Assembly (NCBI GenBank): GCA_963701185.1
Contig: OY969569.1
Span: forward strand, 859,548 to 923,547
DNA: 64,000 bases
Origin: Candidatus Gottesmanbacteria bacterium
GTDB taxonomy: Bacteria; Patescibacteriota; Microgenomatia; UBA10105; UBA927
Reading direction: 5' to 3'
Shown in pieces: positions 16,816 through 26,437 of the stretch. Below the pieces are notes generated by a model that was not told where the DNA came from, ran no database searches, and saw only the letters and a program-made list of their open reading frames with translations. How positions within the stretch are numbered: the first letter of the stretch is position 1; each line of letters starts with the position of its first letter. The translations under genes and the position numbers were made by a program.

Positions 16816-18255
16816 TTAGTATTTAGTCTCATAGTATGTACTACTAGCACTCCCTTTTTGTTTAATTAAACCGAAGCTTACAAGTTTATTTAAATCGTTA
16901 ATTATTGTAGCCCTAGAACTATCGGGAAAAAGTCCTTGACATTCTCTAGAAGTAAGGTGCTTCTTCTCCAGAAGTACGTTCCAGATCATAATTTGTCGTT
17001 CGTTCAGCCCTTTAAATTTTTTTCCAAGTAAAATTACTCTAAAAGTATTTGACATATTTTTGAATATTGGATCTAACAAACCCCATTCAGACATTTTAGA
17101 AAATACTATATCTATTCCTCTTCCATATTCTTCTAAATAATCCATATCTTTAAGAATTTGAGCAATTATTTCGTTTCTACTGAATTGGGAGTCCTTTATA
17201 TTTTCTATTGTTACCCCAGGAGGAAGATTCCCCGGGTTGGAGATTTCCAGTCTATTTGAAAAAATATTAACTTGTGTATAAGTTTCTGTAATCATATAAT
17301 CTCTGTGAATAACTGCATTAGCGATAAGTTCGCGAATCGCATTTTCAGGATATTCGTACTGCTCAACTCGTTTAGTTCCTATAATTTTTGCACTCAATTC
17401 GATATTTCGTAGAATAAATTTCTGCATCATTTCAATGTGCTGATCCAGTGTTCCGTTTACATCTAATTTATCTACAATTGGGCTTGCAACAGAATCACCT
17501 TGGTATCTGACACATCGGACAATATATCTTGAAAAGGATTTTATTTTTTGAGGAATATATTTTGAAAAAATAAGATAGCCGCCTACTGTTGGGAATGTTC
17601 CATCTTCATATTCATCTGTTATTCCTAAGTTCCGCATTACTTCTTGTGAGGGGTGATTATTAACAGTTCCAATTCTGCCAGATTTAACAGCACTTTTTGT
17701 TAAAAAATCTTGAATTTTTTCTTTAGCAAGTTGATCAATTGTTGTACCTAAAGCTTTTGTCCTGTCAAACTTAAAAACCGAAGTATTTCTGATAAAATCC
17801 CGCATTTCTTCATCTGTGATTACTCTGTCAGTATTTCCTTCTCTGATGCAAGCACCTCGTGGAAGACTAAGATTATATAAATAGCATGGTTTCTTTTCAT
17901 CTGGTGTCTCATCGATAAATAAAGCTAATAAAGAGCGCCCACGATAAGAGAAGACTCGGAGATCGTAGCTTCCTACATTCCTCATCCCTTCATTCAAAAG
18001 AGAAACAATTTTTTCCTGAAGTATGGCTAAATCAAGACCACCTATGAAGTTTAATGTCCCAGACGGTCTGTTTTCTTTTACTCCAAAGATAATTACGCCC
18101 CCTTTGGGTCTATGTGAAAATGAGGATACCGGTTTCCAAAGATCACCGGGTATTCCCCCTCTTGCATCTTTGAATTCTATATTTGTTGTTTCAGTGCGAT
18201 TTGTTTCTGCCTTTTGTATTAGATTAAGAAGTTCGTCATCTGTCATGTTAATCAT
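16816..18255 (-). CDS. AlbA_2/Schlafen + HATPase_c_4 + winged-HTH protein
   Basis: ETTNIEFKDA, SSFSH..GGVIIFGV, AIRELIANAVIHRDY, ISNPG, EEYGRGI, C-terminal wHTH; AT-rich. Confidence 0.88.
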   Translation of the reverse strand: MINMTDDELLNLIQKAETNRTETTNIEFKDARGGIPGDLWKPVSSFSHRPKGGVIIFGVKENRPSGTLNFIGGLDLAILQEKIVSLLNEGMRNVGSYDLRVFSYRGRSLLALFIDETPDEKKPCYLYNLSLPRGACIREGNTDRVITDEEMRDFIRNTSVFKFDRTKALGTTIDQLAKEKIQDFLTKSAVKSGRIGTVNNHPSQEVMRNLGITDEYEDGTFPTVGGYLIFSKYIPQKIKSFSRYIVRCVRYQGDSVASPIVDKLDVNGTLDQHIEMMQKFILRNIELSAKIIGTKRVEQYEYPENAIRELIANAVIHRDYMITETYTQVNIFSNRLEISNPGNLPPGVTIENIKDSQFSRNEIIAQILKDMDYLEEYGRGIDIVFSKMSEWGLLDPIFKNMSNTFRVILLGKKFKGLNERQIMIWNVLLEKKHLTSRECQGLFPDSSRATIINDLNKLVSFGLIKQKGSASSTYYETKY

Positions 18256-18376
18256 ATGTCATATTCTATCACTTTATTTCCTTACATCTCAGTGATAGAT
18301 ATTCGGTAAGAAAAGGGGTTCTAGGTTGGTGGTATTCTCCAAACGTCAATGGTATAATGTTTACGTTCCTTAATAT

Positions 18377-18630
18377 TCCCCTGTAGCTCAACGGTAGAGC
18401 GGCTTCCTGTTAAAAAGGCAGCTTTCCGTAGTAATACGGATTGAAAAATCGGGCTAATTCGGGGGACTCCCGACGTAATGTCGGGATTATCCCGAGCTAA
18501 TAAAAATGTGTAGAGACTATATACCCGAGTCTCGATCTTTTGATCGGACATGAGATAGTCCAGTCCTTTTGGTAACAAGAGGGGTTCTGTAAGAAGAAGG
18601 TTGGAGGTTCGAATCCTCCCGGGGGAGCCA
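18377..18630 (+). tRNA. tRNA-Asn(GTT) split by group I intron (exons 18377-18410 and 18590-18630)
   Basis: Joined exons give a 75-nt cloverleaf: TCCCCTG/CGGGGGA acceptor, CTTC-CTGTTAA-GAAG, GGTTCGAATCC, CCA. Confidence 0.92.
18411..18589 (+). ncRNA. group I intron (179 nt, no ORF, IC3-like)
   Basis: Exon CTGT pairs with guide GCAG (U-G at splice site); P7 GACTAT 18515-18520/ATAGTC 18555-18560; GTAGAGACT R element; terminal G. Confidence 0.88.
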
Positions 18631-18676
18631 GTAAGAAATAACCTCATGGTCTTGCGTTCCCATTGTTATTTTTACT

Positions 18677-19789
18677 ATGATGGAGATGATGGGTGAATCC
18701 ACTTTTTTCCACAATAAATTTTTGACAGCCTTTTTGATTATTGTCGGAGTTATTATACTTCTTGCCGCATACTTTATATTCGTCCCTCAAAGAATGCGTG
18801 GTGGTCCGAGACCTGCCGGTTGGGGACAGCGGTCCGGTGACATGGAACAGTATTCTCTCGACACTCTCAAGCCCAAAGTAAAACCTCCTGCCCAGAAAAT
18901 CTCTGTGTATAAAGGTTTTTGGATGCCCTGCTCCTTTATGGATGATTCCTGCCAACCAATGAATGATCCAAAAATATTACAAGCTGCAGGAGCAAACATC
19001 GTAGGTATCGCTCCAAATATTGTCATTAACGAAAAGGGTGAAATTAACGCGTTGCCTTTGGACTATTTGGATAAGCGTCTCAATGAGCTGACTGAGCGGT
19101 ATTACAAAGCCGGTATAAGAGTTTTTATGTCGCCGGAGCTTGATTATACGACCGACTTACACAGTAGGTCCCGCGGTGAGCCGCGGCCGATTCCGAAAGA
19201 TATTGCGGCAAGACCGGGTTTTATGGACAAATATAATGTATTGGTCGAAGATTTAGCAAAATTAGCGGAAAAATATCAATTTGAGTTTTTTTCACCGCTC
19301 AACGAAGCAGACATGAAACTGGGGCCTGGAGTGGCATCAGCGTGGGGTCAGGAAATATTGCCGAAAATAAAGGAGAGATATAAGGGAAAAGTATTATGGA
19401 AAGTGGGACTGGGTGTCGGCTCGGAAATGCAGCAGATTAATTTTAAAGGGTACGATATGCTGGGAATTGACTTTACCGCATCCGGAGGAGATGAGGCGCA
19501 GAGTTTGTCCTCGTTTCCATCTATCGTAACAAACGCAATTGAGAATGCCAGAAGGATTGCCAACAGAGACGGCGTTTCCCAAGTACTATTGGCCGAAGTG
19601 GGCGTGTGGGGCGGGGCATTGCGTTTCAGCGAAGAAGGGAAGGCGAGAATTCATGATATCATCTTTGAGCAAGGGAAAGGAATTGTGAGTGGATTTATTA
19701 TTCTCGATCCGCCGGCAGATTTAGGAGGATGGACGATAAAGAATTCTACATCATTAGAAGAAATAAAAACGTGGTTTGGAAAGCTATGA
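18677..19789 (+). CDS. membrane-anchored TIM-barrel glycoside hydrolase (GH113/clan A-like)
   Basis: TM; GIRVFMSPEL, PLNE acid/base, LGIDF, LAEVG nucleophile. Confidence 0.6.
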   Translation: MMEMMGESTFFHNKFLTAFLIIVGVIILLAAYFIFVPQRMRGGPRPAGWGQRSGDMEQYSLDTLKPKVKPPAQKISVYKGFWMPCSFMDDSCQPMNDPKILQAAGANIVGIAPNIVINEKGEINALPLDYLDKRLNELTERYYKAGIRVFMSPELDYTTDLHSRSRGEPRPIPKDIAARPGFMDKYNVLVEDLAKLAEKYQFEFFSPLNEADMKLGPGVASAWGQEILPKIKERYKGKVLWKVGLGVGSEMQQINFKGYDMLGIDFTASGGDEAQSLSSFPSIVTNAIENARRIANRDGVSQVLLAEVGVWGGALRFSEEGKARIHDIIFEQGKGIVSGFIILDPPADLGGWTIKNSTSLEEIKTWFGKL

Positions 19790-20193
19790 AAAATTTATGG
19801 ATAGCCATGGCTATTCTGATTGCCTTCGTCGTAGGGTATAGTGCCGGAAATCTTATTCCTTTTACCGGGTTTGCGTTTGCCGGAAAGAGCATAGAAGGTA
19901 CTGCGAAACTGGAAGTGAAACTGGTTCTGGACAACGGAATGCCCATCCCAAAAATTGAGGTTGATGTTGCAGATAAAACAGGCCCGCCGCCAAAAGGAGG
20001 GGTTGCGGTCACTGACGATAACGGTGTCGCCACTTTCAATATCAAACCCGGCAGTTACGTTATTTATTTTAACCTAGGCACGTTTCCTAAAAATCTTGAT
20101 TGGCCCCAAGGAGGGCCGGTAACTAGTATTCAGGTTTCAGATGGTGCTGTGAATCAAAAGATTCTTGTGTTGAAAGCAAAAAAAGGGAGTTAG
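19786..20193 (+). CDS. secreted carboxypeptidase-regulatory-like (beta-sandwich) protein
   Basis: PIPKIEV...TDDNGVATFNIKPGSYVI. Confidence 0.65.
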   Translation: MKNLWIAMAILIAFVVGYSAGNLIPFTGFAFAGKSIEGTAKLEVKLVLDNGMPIPKIEVDVADKTGPPPKGGVAVTDDNGVATFNIKPGSYVIYFNLGTFPKNLDWPQGGPVTSIQVSDGAVNQKILVLKAKKGS

Positions 20194-20268
20194 GTTTCTG
20201 GTTTTGCAATTTTTTATTTCCTCCCACCGTTGCCTCATTTCACCAAAAGTTTTTGCTATACTGGTTCT

Positions 20269-20463
20269 ATGGGAATCATTAAGACGGAAGCAACATTAAC
20301 GTGTCCTAAGTGTGGCAAAGAACAATCAGTTACTATGCCCACCGATGCCTGTCAACACTTTTATAGGTGTATCCACTGTGGAGAAATGCTGAAACCCAAG
20401 GATGGTGATTGTTGTGTGTTTTGTTCTTATGCCGACAGCAAATGTCCGCCGAAGCAAATTTAA
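20269..20463 (+). CDS. GDCCVxC domain protein
   Basis: TCPKCG...MPTDACQHFYRCIHCG..LKPKDGDCCVFCSYAD..CPP. Confidence 0.9.
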   Translation: MGIIKTEATLTCPKCGKEQSVTMPTDACQHFYRCIHCGEMLKPKDGDCCVFCSYADSKCPPKQI

Positions 20464-20465
20464 AT

Positions 20466-21185
20466 ATGCCTGCCACATCTTTCAAATACGCGTATCTTAT
20501 CGCAAACATCTTCTTTTTTGCAGTTTGGCTTTTTATCTTCCGGCGGGCCAAAAAATTGCGAAAGCCCATGCTTATCATGAGCCTGATTACCGCTTCATTT
20601 GGTCCTATTTCCGAGTTTTGGTATTTTGCTGATTATTGGAAACCGGCAATTGCGCTCCCTCTGCCAATCGGCGGGGTTGAGGATTTGCTTTTTGGCTTCT
20701 CCATCGGCGGGATTGGTGCGTTTGCGTATGAGTCGCTGTTTGTACGGGGTATCTGTAAGTGCGAAGAAAAGAAACTGAAACGCGAGTGGTTTTTGTTCGT
20801 GTTTTTTGCAGTCGTTGGTGTTTTAATGATCGTCCTCAATAATCTTTTAGGGCTAAACTCAATTTTTGCCAGCTCAATCGGAATGATTGTTGTTGCAATA
20901 ATTATGCTTTATATACGGCCGGATTTGATTCCGAATGCACTGGGATCGGCGCTTATGGTTGCCGGTGTGATGTTTGCTATCTATTTTGTAGGACAGGAAG
21001 TATTTCCGGGCGGTCATGCCTGGATGCTCCGTATATGGAAATTATCCAATACGCCTGAGGGGATCATTATTTTTAAGCATATACCATGGACGGAAATGCT
21101 CTGGGGGCTTTCATGGGGACTTGTCTGGGGTCCGATGTATGAATTTCTCGTGGGAGCACGGACGATGACGTTTCGAAAGAAGTAA
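20466..21185 (+). CDS. lycopene-cyclase-domain-like membrane protein
   Basis: Multi-TM; DYWKP, GVEDLLFGF, IPWTEMLW duplicated motif. Confidence 0.65.
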   Translation: MPATSFKYAYLIANIFFFAVWLFIFRRAKKLRKPMLIMSLITASFGPISEFWYFADYWKPAIALPLPIGGVEDLLFGFSIGGIGAFAYESLFVRGICKCEEKKLKREWFLFVFFAVVGVLMIVLNNLLGLNSIFASSIGMIVVAIIMLYIRPDLIPNALGSALMVAGVMFAIYFVGQEVFPGGHAWMLRIWKLSNTPEGIIIFKHIPWTEMLWGLSWGLVWGPMYEFLVGARTMTFRKK

Positions 21186-21198
21186 CAGACGGAATAAA

Positions 21199-21225
21199 CT
21201 GTTACGTTTTTCATCTTCCCCCGTT
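21199..21225 (+). promoter_or_regulatory. putative ECF-sigma promoter
   Basis: CTGTTACGTTTT-N10-CCGTT matches the motif upstream of the ECF sigma gene. Confidence 0.55.
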
Positions 21226-21235
21226 ATAGTAGTAT

Positions 21236-21805
21236 ATGAACAAAAAATCTCTTCTGTTCTTCGTCGTGGGGTTCCTGTTAGCTTTCAGCCCGACAATGGT
21301 GTTTGCCAAAGATCGGAATACCGGTCATTTTGGAGATTTTAATCTGACTCGATTTTTTTCATCCGACCGCTCGGATGATAAAACTGTCGGCGGCAAGCAC
21401 GAACAAAACTTTTTTGGCCCCATTTCAGCGATGGGTACAGACGCTATTACCGTCAATGGACAGGTAATCACGCTTAACTGTGCAGGCATCAATACGGAAT
21501 CACGCGGAGTCTTAACCGTAGGTCAGTCTGTTCATGTCAATACCAGAGTAGTCGGCGACACGTTCTGTGCAAAAGAAATCAACCTTCGGGAGACTGATGA
21601 AACTGATGAAAATGAAAAAACTGATGAAAATGAGAAAGGTCCGTCGGGGGCAACAGGAATAATCGGTCCGACGGGAACCACAGGTGCGACCGGAACGACC
21701 GGCGCCACCGGGGCATCAGGAGCAACCGGCTCAACCGGCGCCACCGGAATGACAGTGGAAAACCTGTTGCAACTTATCTTGAATTTCCTCCAGTCACACC
21801 GCTAA
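21236..21805 (+). CDS. secreted DUF5666-like protein with collagen-like tail
   Basis: Signal peptide; GPISAM..ITVNGQ...LTVGQSVHV...AKEI; (G-x-T/S) repeats. Confidence 0.7.
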   Translation: MNKKSLLFFVVGFLLAFSPTMVFAKDRNTGHFGDFNLTRFFSSDRSDDKTVGGKHEQNFFGPISAMGTDAITVNGQVITLNCAGINTESRGVLTVGQSVHVNTRVVGDTFCAKEINLRETDETDENEKTDENEKGPSGATGIIGPTGTTGATGTTGATGASGATGSTGATGMTVENLLQLILNFLQSHR

Positions 21806-21887
21806 GAATCAGCCGGGGCAATTCTTACCCCTCCCTGACGTCTTGTGTTTGGTATCCTATAATTGTATACTACTATCCCACACCTCT

Positions 21888-22658
21888 ATGGATTTACCGA
21901 AAACCGGCATTATCTATCTGTATGAAAGGACGCAAACCGCACCGGCATATGCAGTGCCGATCAAAGAGATTCGTCCAGGACGATCGGTGTTCGGGGTAAG
22001 ATGGAGAAAAGTGGCTGCGTTGGTACTGCTCGCTGTTACCATCGACGGGCTTATCATTTCGTACTACCCCAGGGTTACGCTGGAGGCCAGGTACGTTCTG
22101 AGCCAGGCAAGAAATAAAATTTTTGATGCAGCTACTCCCGTCAGGATTGCGGCTTCGCCGAACAAACCGGTGATTGACCCGCTGAAAACCGCCAACGGGT
22201 CGGTGATACGTCCGGTCAACACCGATTTTGCCATAGTCGTTCCCAAGATCGGGATCAATGCGCCGATTACGGCGGGTGTCGATCCGACCAACCCCAAGGA
22301 ATATACGAAGGTGCTGGATACAGCAGTGGCACAATCTTCAACAAGCTTTACACCGGACAAATCAGGCACGGTGTATCTGTTTTCCCACTCGACGAATTAT
22401 GACTGGTTTGTCAATGATTTAAATGCGGTATTTTACCTTCTAAAAAATTTAGAGCACGGGGATTATATTGTGCTTTTTTACAAAGGCGTCCGCTACACAT
22501 ACCGGCTGACCGAAAAACGGATCGTACAGCCGGGTGAAATTTCGTATTTGGTTCCGCAGGTCGGCAAAAGAAACCTTATTCTTCAAACATGTTGGCCGCC
22601 GGGGAGTGTTAGTGAACGACTACTTCTTTTTGCCGATTTGGTTGAAGAACAAAAATAA
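21888..22658 (+). CDS. sortase
   Basis: VPKIGINAPI, LFSHS, LQTCWPPG..ERL (His-Cys-Arg triad). Confidence 0.9.
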   Translation: MDLPKTGIIYLYERTQTAPAYAVPIKEIRPGRSVFGVRWRKVAALVLLAVTIDGLIISYYPRVTLEARYVLSQARNKIFDAATPVRIAASPNKPVIDPLKTANGSVIRPVNTDFAIVVPKIGINAPITAGVDPTNPKEYTKVLDTAVAQSSTSFTPDKSGTVYLFSHSTNYDWFVNDLNAVFYLLKNLEHGDYIVLFYKGVRYTYRLTEKRIVQPGEISYLVPQVGKRNLILQTCWPPGSVSERLLLFADLVEEQK

Positions 22659-25515
22659 ACAGCAACGGAAGGGGCAGTAGGATAAATCCGAACCACTCAA
22701 GAAGTTGGGGAATAAAAAAGAGTACGACGGAAGAATCGTCGAATCCTGCTGACGGCAACACCCAACCATTCGCCCAATTATTGACCATTACGTGCTCTTT
22801 GATCTCAGTTCCAAATATAAAGGGAAATGTCATATGAAACCAATTTTTAAATTGAGAATCCGATGGTTGAATATAATACGCTTTCCAACCCCGGTGATAC
22901 GCCTGGTTCAGAATCAGCGTGCGCGGTTCTTTTTGGGGTTCTATTGCCACCAGGTAGTATGACGGATTGGGATGGGTTACCCCAATGACGTTTTCAGGAA
23001 CAATTTTTCCTGTTATTCCTGACCCCGATGACTCATGCACTATTTCACGATAAGGGATTTTATAAAACACAATGGATGCAATATCGTTCACCGTTTCCTG
23101 TGTTCCGATTGCGTCGTTTGCAATATACACGGTATAGCCCGATCCGTCGGAAGTCAGGGGCGGCAACACGAGGTAGCTTGCGGTCCATCCGGAAGCGCCG
23201 GGAAGGTAAATTTCAGTTTCGATGTGTTTGGCGGTTTGATTGATAAGGGACAGCATAAGCGGCCGCCCGCTGACGTGGCGGCTGTTGACTACAGCCAAAT
23301 ACCCCTCTTGATGCGTGAGGTTAGGGATGCCGAATGATAAACACCCGCGTTGGTCCGTACTGGTGAAACGCAGGAATTCTCCGTTCCCGGCGTCTCCCGC
23401 TGCCGCCGGGCCGGTTTTTAGTAATCCGCACCTTGTAACGTTCTTTGCAAGTAAATCGTTATGAGCGGTGGCCTCATATCGGAGATTGTTTTTCTTCGGG
23501 ATAGTGATTGTTGCGGTGTGAGTAACATCCGAGATGGTAAGTCCGGTTTGCGACTCCTTAACCGTAAATGTTTTTTCCGCGGGCGTTCTTTTGGTGAATA
23601 GATCCCGGAACGGATACGTATATGTCGCGGTCATTTGTTGGTTCGTGTAATCTCCGAGAGTTTGGAAAGCCACATCGTTGTCGGTCCAGGAGTACGTAGG
23701 GGATACCGCGGGTAAAGCACCGATTAATCGTACAAATGATCGGGAGGTGGGACCGGTGTATTCATACAGCCTCAGTTTGTTGAACGCGTTGAGGAAAGTA
23801 ATTTCAGGTATATGGGAAAGTAAATTTTCGGATTCCGGGATGAGAAGCGCCCGGTCATTACTTTGAGAGATGATGTTTTCATCAAGGATGATATAGCGGA
23901 TGCCGTATTTGGAAAATACAGCTGCAAGCGCCCGGGCGTCTTTACTGTAGAGCGCACGTGACAGTTCCCAGAAGTAATTTTCGTTATAGCTGCTCCACGG
24001 ATCAAAAGCCCTGTCCATGAGCGGTTGTGCGAGCCCATACCAGACAAATCCTGACCCGCGGTAGCCGAAGCGGTACTGTTTCCAGCTCCAGAAGTCCGGT
24101 TGGGGCAGATATGCAGTACGTCCGGACGGATCTAACGATGCCATTCTGGCGAAAAGTTGTTGATATTCGGTAGGAATCTGAAGCCGGAGATTGGGGTAGA
24201 GAAAAGATCCCCTGAATGCCGGGATAGCCTGGCTGATGACACATAGTCCCAGGACTATCATGAAAAGTTTTTTGAACAGTTGGTGGCGTCCGGGGAAAAG
24301 TCCGAGGATCGAATTCATCCCGGAAGCAAGAAGAACGCTATACGCGAAGGCAAATAACAAGCTGAATTTTGTGAACGGGAAGCGGAATGCTTCGGTAAAG
24401 AAAGGTATGCTCCGTTGCAGGAATATTGTGAGTTCTTCAACGAGGGGGGTATTATTGGCTAACAGTACAAAGGCGGCAAGCCAGATGATGGCAAATGCCG
24501 CTGTTTTCCGATAGCGAAAACCAGTATATAGCCCGATGAGCGTCAGAGAGATAAGTGTTCCGGAGAGTGCGGTAACCACAGGATAATTCCACCAGATTTT
24601 CCAGGGGGCAAGCATAAATCCGAATGTGCCGCCGGAGGTCAGGTCGGTAAAATCCAGGCTGAATCCGCGGAGTAAGAGAACATCTGTGAGATCCCCGAAG
24701 ATTTGGTTCCGGCGGAAGACTTCGTCCGTAGACATGAGGTTAATTTTGGCATTGGCAATCACAGGTGCATTGCCCGGTAATCCCGCTATATACGGAAGGA
24801 GCCAAAACGCATTGATGAGTAAAAACGTGATTGACGCAAAAACAATGTTTTTCCAATAACGCCTGCTGTCTCTCAGTAGATAAGTGAGAGAAATAACGCC
24901 CAGGAGTAATACAACGGGAAGACCCAGCGTGGTGACAAAAAATTGCGGGGTTGTCAGGAATGAAACCAGCATAAATAAGCCGAGGGCTTTCCGGCTATGT
25001 GTTTCAATAAGTTGGATGAGTGAGAGTGCAAGCCACGGGAGAGCGGCAAAATGAACAGAGAATGCTTCCAGGGGTGTATAAAACATTTGTATCGTTGCAG
25101 GATTTAAGAGGTAGAAGAGACTTCCTATAAACGCAAGCGGCTCCGCATGTGTTTGTTTTGAAAAAAGTTTTTTCAATACAGTATATGCCCCCACTCCTCC
25201 CAGGAAATGCATGAGGAAAGTGAATACGTACCGTAAGGTGTTTTGCGGCAGGAAGAGCGACAGTGTCCATACCAATGCCGTATGCGGAAGATTGGCAATA
25301 TGACTCATGCCGTCATATAAACCAAGTCCACGGTGCTCCTGCCAAACTCCCCATATGCTGCGTTTGAAATTTTCAAGAAAATTAAACTCGGGTATGACGT
25401 TATCCCAACCGATGAGAAATGTGCCGTGCGTGTAGTTTGCACCGATTAAAAAAAGTTCAATCAGGACTAATCCCAGAAACGGCCAATAGGTAGCCACGAA
25501 CTGTTTGAGCTTCAT
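22609..25515 (-). CDS. large polytopic GT-C-like membrane protein with extracellular domain
   Basis: GWDN N-terminal loop, many TM helices, FRFPFTKF, LNQAYHRGWKAY, VNNWANGW (YfhO/AftD-like). Confidence 0.7.
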   Translation of the reverse strand: MKLKQFVATYWPFLGLVLIELFLIGANYTHGTFLIGWDNVIPEFNFLENFKRSIWGVWQEHRGLGLYDGMSHIANLPHTALVWTLSLFLPQNTLRYVFTFLMHFLGGVGAYTVLKKLFSKQTHAEPLAFIGSLFYLLNPATIQMFYTPLEAFSVHFAALPWLALSLIQLIETHSRKALGLFMLVSFLTTPQFFVTTLGLPVVLLLGVISLTYLLRDSRRYWKNIVFASITFLLINAFWLLPYIAGLPGNAPVIANAKINLMSTDEVFRRNQIFGDLTDVLLLRGFSLDFTDLTSGGTFGFMLAPWKIWWNYPVVTALSGTLISLTLIGLYTGFRYRKTAAFAIIWLAAFVLLANNTPLVEELTIFLQRSIPFFTEAFRFPFTKFSLLFAFAYSVLLASGMNSILGLFPGRHQLFKKLFMIVLGLCVISQAIPAFRGSFLYPNLRLQIPTEYQQLFARMASLDPSGRTAYLPQPDFWSWKQYRFGYRGSGFVWYGLAQPLMDRAFDPWSSYNENYFWELSRALYSKDARALAAVFSKYGIRYIILDENIISQSNDRALLIPESENLLSHIPEITFLNAFNKLRLYEYTGPTSRSFVRLIGALPAVSPTYSWTDNDVAFQTLGDYTNQQMTATYTYPFRDLFTKRTPAEKTFTVKESQTGLTISDVTHTATITIPKKNNLRYEATAHNDLLAKNVTRCGLLKTGPAAAGDAGNGEFLRFTSTDQRGCLSFGIPNLTHQEGYLAVVNSRHVSGRPLMLSLINQTAKHIETEIYLPGASGWTASYLVLPPLTSDGSGYTVYIANDAIGTQETVNDIASIVFYKIPYREIVHESSGSGITGKIVPENVIGVTHPNPSYYLVAIEPQKEPRTLILNQAYHRGWKAYYIQPSDSQFKNWFHMTFPFIFGTEIKEHVMVNNWANGWVLPSAGFDDSSVVLFFIPQLLEWFGFILLPLPLLFIFVLQPNRQKEVVVH

Positions 25516-26435
25516 ATGAACGAGAATGCATAGCGAATGATTGCGGGTAAGGACAGGCGGAAGCGGACGGGTTTAAATCGCAGGTGAAACCGGAATTTTT
25601 TCATACCCCTGGCATGTAAATAGAGCGGTAACAGGAATGAACTCGGTAACACAAAGGCGACGCAGTACTGGACCAAAAACATCGGGATTGCGCGCATGGG
25701 GAACGTATAATTCAATTTTTTAACAGCCTGAAGTCTGATGCGGCTGATGGTTAAGAATCGACCCCGCAGATTTTCCAGTGAACTGTTTGCCCCGTGAATG
25801 CGGTAGGAGAAAAGTAATTCCCCAATATTGGCAAACTTACCGTAACTGAGAAGATTGAACAGAGTATAGTAATCACTGTTAACGCCAAATTGCGTGTGGT
25901 AGAGATAGTCGCGATGGGGTAGTAGATTGCGCCTGATCATACACGATGGGTGGATAATCGGGTTGACGAGTGCAAATGCTTTATAAATACTCTGATGATC
26001 GCAGGGGTAAATTTTTGCTCCGGTTGTTCTGCCTCTTCCATCGATAATTTTAGCATTGGTGCCGACGAGAATGACGTCCGGGTGTGACTCCAGAAAGTTT
26101 ACTTCTTTCTCAAGCCGCTGCGGGTGGCTGATATCATCGGCGTCCATAGGTGCGATATATGCGCCTTTCACTATCGGGAACAGGAGATTCGCCGCCGCAA
26201 ATGCACCGGTTTGTTCCGGCTTCCGGTATATGCGGATGTTATCAGGATATTTTTGTTTGATTGTATTGAGGATTTTCCACGTGTCGTCGGTGGAACCGTC
26301 ATCGATGACCAGCAGTTCAAAGTTCCGGTAGGTTTGACACATGATGCTCTCAATGGCAGATTTCACGAAGCGGGACCCGTTGTGAATGGGCATAAGGACT
26401 GATACAAGCGGTGGGGAATAGCTTCGCCCTGCCAT
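25512..26435 (-). CDS. glycosyltransferase family 2
   Basis: VSVLMPIHN, IDDGSTD, MDADD. Confidence 0.92.
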   Translation of the reverse strand: MAGRSYSPPLVSVLMPIHNGSRFVKSAIESIMCQTYRNFELLVIDDGSTDDTWKILNTIKQKYPDNIRIYRKPEQTGAFAAANLLFPIVKGAYIAPMDADDISHPQRLEKEVNFLESHPDVILVGTNAKIIDGRGRTTGAKIYPCDHQSIYKAFALVNPIIHPSCMIRRNLLPHRDYLYHTQFGVNSDYYTLFNLLSYGKFANIGELLFSYRIHGANSSLENLRGRFLTISRIRLQAVKKLNYTFPMRAIPMFLVQYCVAFVLPSSFLLPLYLHARGMKKFRFHLRFKPVRFRLSLPAIIRYAFSFI

Positions 26436-26437
26436 TT

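Noticed and set aside
18321-18714. Minus-strand ORFs as an intron homing endonuclease
   Set aside because: Antisense to tRNA and intron, no LAGLIDADG/HNH/GIY-YIG motif; the intron is only 179 nt
20269-20463. Selenoprotein
   Set aside because: All Cys positions use TGT/TGC; no in-frame TGA
21592-21750. Short tandem repeats as a non-coding array
   Set aside because: Explained by coding repeats (TDENEK and collagen-like G-x-T)
18631-21830. Island integrated at the tRNA-Asn 3' end
   Set aside because: No downstream duplication of the tRNA 3' end and no integrase seen
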